A DNA stretch of 63,971 nucleotides from Azolla caroliniana (lineage: Eukaryota > Plantae > Polypodiophyta). This document shows, one piece after another, positions 60,922 through 63,971 of the stretch. The position numbers were made by a program, and so were the translations under genes. Location of the stretch: positions 8,556,030 through 8,620,000 of the forward strand of contig JBHGNT010000008.1 of assembly GCA_043228905.1 (NCBI GenBank). Direction: 5' to 3'. The stretch's first letter is position 1; each line of letters opens with the position of its first letter. The notes below the pieces were generated by a model, which was given only the letters and a program-made list of their open reading frames with translations, was not told where the DNA came from and did no database searches.

Positions 60922-63900
60922 TTTGTCAAGTAAGCTAAGTAGCGTGGATCACGAAAATGATGTTGATACCGAGAATGGGAAAATAGATGATTACGTTGAA
61001 GAAGCTGACATAAATTGTGGGACAACTTCACAATTAAGAAGATCTAGTAGAATAAGAAAACCTGTTCAGAGGTTAATATATGATAGTTGCATTGCACAAC
61101 ATTATCTGTTTATGGAAAAAGTTAATGATTTTATTGAGCCTAATTGTTTTGAAGATGCATATAAAAATAGAGAATGGAAGTGTGCTATACAGGAAGAAAT
61201 TGATGCATTATACAAGAATGATACATGGGAGCTAGTGCCTAGACCGAATGATAAAAAGGTAATTGGTTGTAAGTGGGTATATAAGTCTAAGTTCAATTCT
61301 GATGGTACTTTGAATAGATGTAAAGCAAGATTAGTGGCTAAAGGTTATTCTCAAACATATGGTCTAGATTATGAAGAAACATTTTCACCAATAGCTAAAA
61401 TGGCCTCTATTAGGGTTGTTATCTCTTTAGCAGCATCTCTAAAATGGAATTTATATCAGATGGATGTAAAAAATGCTTTTTTGAATGGTATTTTGAAGGA
61501 AGAAGTGTTCATAGAACAACCACATGGTTTTAAGGATAATGTTAACCCTGATTATGTGTGCAAATTGAAGAGGGGCTTATACGGATTAAGACAATCACCA
61601 AGTATATGATTTGAAAGGTTGGGAAACTACTTGAAAAGTATGAATTTTAAGCAAAGTTGTGTAGACGCATCAGTTTTTATGAATGAAGGTACAAATGGTA
61701 AAATCATTATTGTTTTATACGTAGATGATCTAATTATAACAAGTGATAATGATGAACTTGTATAAAAAATAAAACATAATATGTCAAATGAGTTTGAGAT
61801 GAAGGATTTAGGAGAGCTTAAGTACTTCTTGGGCATTGAAGTGATTAGATGTGTTAATGGTTGGATGCTTTCTCAGAAAAAGTATATGGTTGATATGCTA
61901 AAAGAATTTAGTATGTACGATTGTAAGCTGATGCAAACACCAATGCAAGGAAGAATCACATTAGATGCTACTAAAAATTATGCTCTTACAAATTTCAAGA
62001 TGTATCAACAGATAGTTGGAAAGCTTATCTACTTGACAATAACAAGACCAGATATTGCATTTTTTGTTGGTATTGTCAATAGATATATGCAAGAGCCTAT
62101 GAAAGCGCACATGGTGATAGTAAAAAGAATTCTAAGATACATAAAAGGAACATTAGAATATGGTCTTTTGTATTCTAATGATGAGGTGTCTCCTAGTTTC
62201 TTTTGTGACGTAGATTGGGCTGGAGATAAAGAGACAAGAAGAAGTACAAGTGGATATTGTTGTTCACTTGGTAGTGGAGTTGTGTCATGGTTATCAAAGA
62301 AACAACCAACTATTGCATTGAGCACCACAGAAGCAGAGTATAGAGTTACAACCCAAGCTACATGTGAAGCTACATGGTCAGAGATGTTATTAAAGGATCT
62401 TGGAGTCAAAATACAAAGACCATTAGTTATCTATTGTGATCACATAAGTGCAATCTTGTTAGCAAAGAATCCTATTTTTCATGCTTGTACAAAACATATT
62501 GAGGTTCATTATCATTTCGTTCGTGAAAAGATAGTCGAAGGCCTTATTGATTTGAAACATATCAAAACAGAGGATCAAGTTGCTGATATCTTCACCAAGC
62601 CATTACCAAAAGAGAAGTTTTTCAAGTTTAGAAGAAAACTTGGTCTTTATGATCTTAATGTGCTTGAGAGGGAGTGTTGAGGATCAAGCACATTGGGATT
62701 TGAACCTTGTACCTTTACTTTATATATTATAGAACTTATAATAATGATATGTATCATTTATTATTATACGATAAACATACTAGCATGTAATGCATAGAAT
62801 GTCATGCATACATGAAGCCATGTGGTGAGCATGTGGCGAACATGCTCGCATGCTTCATCTTATATAAAGGGGGCTTACCCCCACCATTCAATAAGACTTA
62901 TTTTTAGAAGATATCTCATATCTAGATCTCAACAGTTTCGTCCAATTCACAATAGTGTTGTTTTTACATCCAATTGCTCTATTTCCAGATTCATACTAGC
63001 TACTATACTCAGTACAGTTCGAATGGATGTCATCTTTACGACTAGTGCAAATATCTCATCAAAGTCAACCCCCTTCTTCTGTTGAAATCCCTTTAGTAAA
63101 ATTCAGTCCTTCTATCTGGGTGAGAGGCCATCTTCTCCATTTTTCAGCTTGAAGACCAATATGTTTCTCAAGACTCTCTTAAATTTCGGTAGCTTTACCA
63201 AGTCGTAAGTATAATTTTTATGCTCGGAGTTCATTTCATCTTGCATTGCACTCTCCCACTTCTCCTTGTGCTCACCTTTGATGGATTCTTCATAACATTC
63301 CGGATCATCATCATCAATCAATAGGACATATTGCTTGGAGTTTCGAGAGGATGCTTTCCTTTTTCTAAGTGGATATCTTCTACCTCCCATGGTTGGCTTA
63401 TGTTCGGATGTGTCATTCAGCTTGGGTTCATACATGTCAATCAGTTGTTGAAGGTCGACTAATTCCGACTCATATGCCTTAGTCGATTTCAGTTGGTCAA
63501 CTAAATCCGACTCATATATCAACTGGTTGCTCAGAGTCAACCAATTCAGATTTTGTTGTATCGACTAATTGTCTCCTATGAGCCGAATGTCTAGAGTTGG
63601 CTAGTGCTAAGTCCATAGTGGTTGGAGTCAATTGGGAAGACAACCCTGACTTCTGTTGTTTCCAGTCTTTAATAATCTTGTCTTCCATGAATACAATGTC
63701 TCGACTCCTCACCACTTTCTTATCAAGTAAATCCTACATCATGTAGCCGAATTCATCTTCAGAGTACCCCAGGAATATGCATGGCTTCAACTTGCTATCC
63801 AAGCATCCAAACACTTTCATGTGTTGACAAAACACACTTTTACCTGTCCACACCATGGGACATCACCTTTCAAGGGCACTGAGGGAGGCTTGATTATAAG

Positions 63901-63971
63901 ATAGACCGTTTTCATCATAGCTTCAGCCCAATATGATATTGGAAGCTTTGCATGTGACAACATGCTCCTCA

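Larger units (their letters stand above)
52933..62680 (+). pseudogene. E gag-pol (52933-55241 and 60927-62680), multiple stops/frameshifts
   Basis: CFYCNKIGH; *YLDSG; LELVHTDVWGP; QMDVKNAFL; YVDD; TKHIEVHYH; ends LEREC*. Confidence 0.93.
52363..62934 (+). mobile_element. AT-rich copia E: 260-bp LTRs 52363-52622 and 62675-62934, PBS 52623-52634, TSD GTTTC; hosts H
   Basis: LTRs differ at one position by my reading; PPT GAGAGGGAG; perfect TSD. Confidence 0.96.
37492..63971 (-). mobile_element. Old copia D: 3' LTR 37492-37742, 3' region to 38293, RNase H/RT remnant 51785-52362, RT/INT 62935-end; hosts C' and E
   Basis: Frame rejoins across C' (ALRTTMGL-RQATEHKEAK) and across E (QLDVKT...YMQQ.EGFVEKGKE); LTR TGTTGG..CCCACA on minus interrupts C gag. 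Confidence 0.8.

Overview
Land-plant nuclear DNA, probably a non-seed plant such as a fern or bryophyte (inference from element types and miR529). Most of it is a deeply nested pile of LTR retrotransposons, labelled here A1, A2, B1, B2, C, C', D, E, G, H (Ty1/copia) and F, I, J, K (Ty3/gypsy). I could resolve most of them by TG..CA LTR ends, primer-binding sites (PBS), polypurine tracts (PPT) and target-site duplications (TSD). Left nest: gag-only gypsy I contains copia A2 (itself holding A1), copia B1 and a solo LTR. Right nest: copia C contains B2 and D; D contains C' and E; C' contains gypsy F and deletion derivative G; E contains H. The AT-rich middle (11.6-30 kb) holds the only host gene I can see, a MIR529 microRNA hairpin at ~14.0-14.3 kb, plus three hAT-type MITEs with 8-bp TSDs and Athila-like gypsy K with a large extra 3' ORF. 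No intact host protein-coding gene was found. Most unusual: (1) host E has near-identical LTRs while its nested passenger H has clearly more diverged LTRs; (2) B2 is flanked by a 225-bp duplication; (3) tRNA-like Pol III boxes lie inside LTRs; (4) H has a ~190-codon extension after RNase H; (5) CCGG is enriched in unrelated element families. All counts are manual reads of the sequence.
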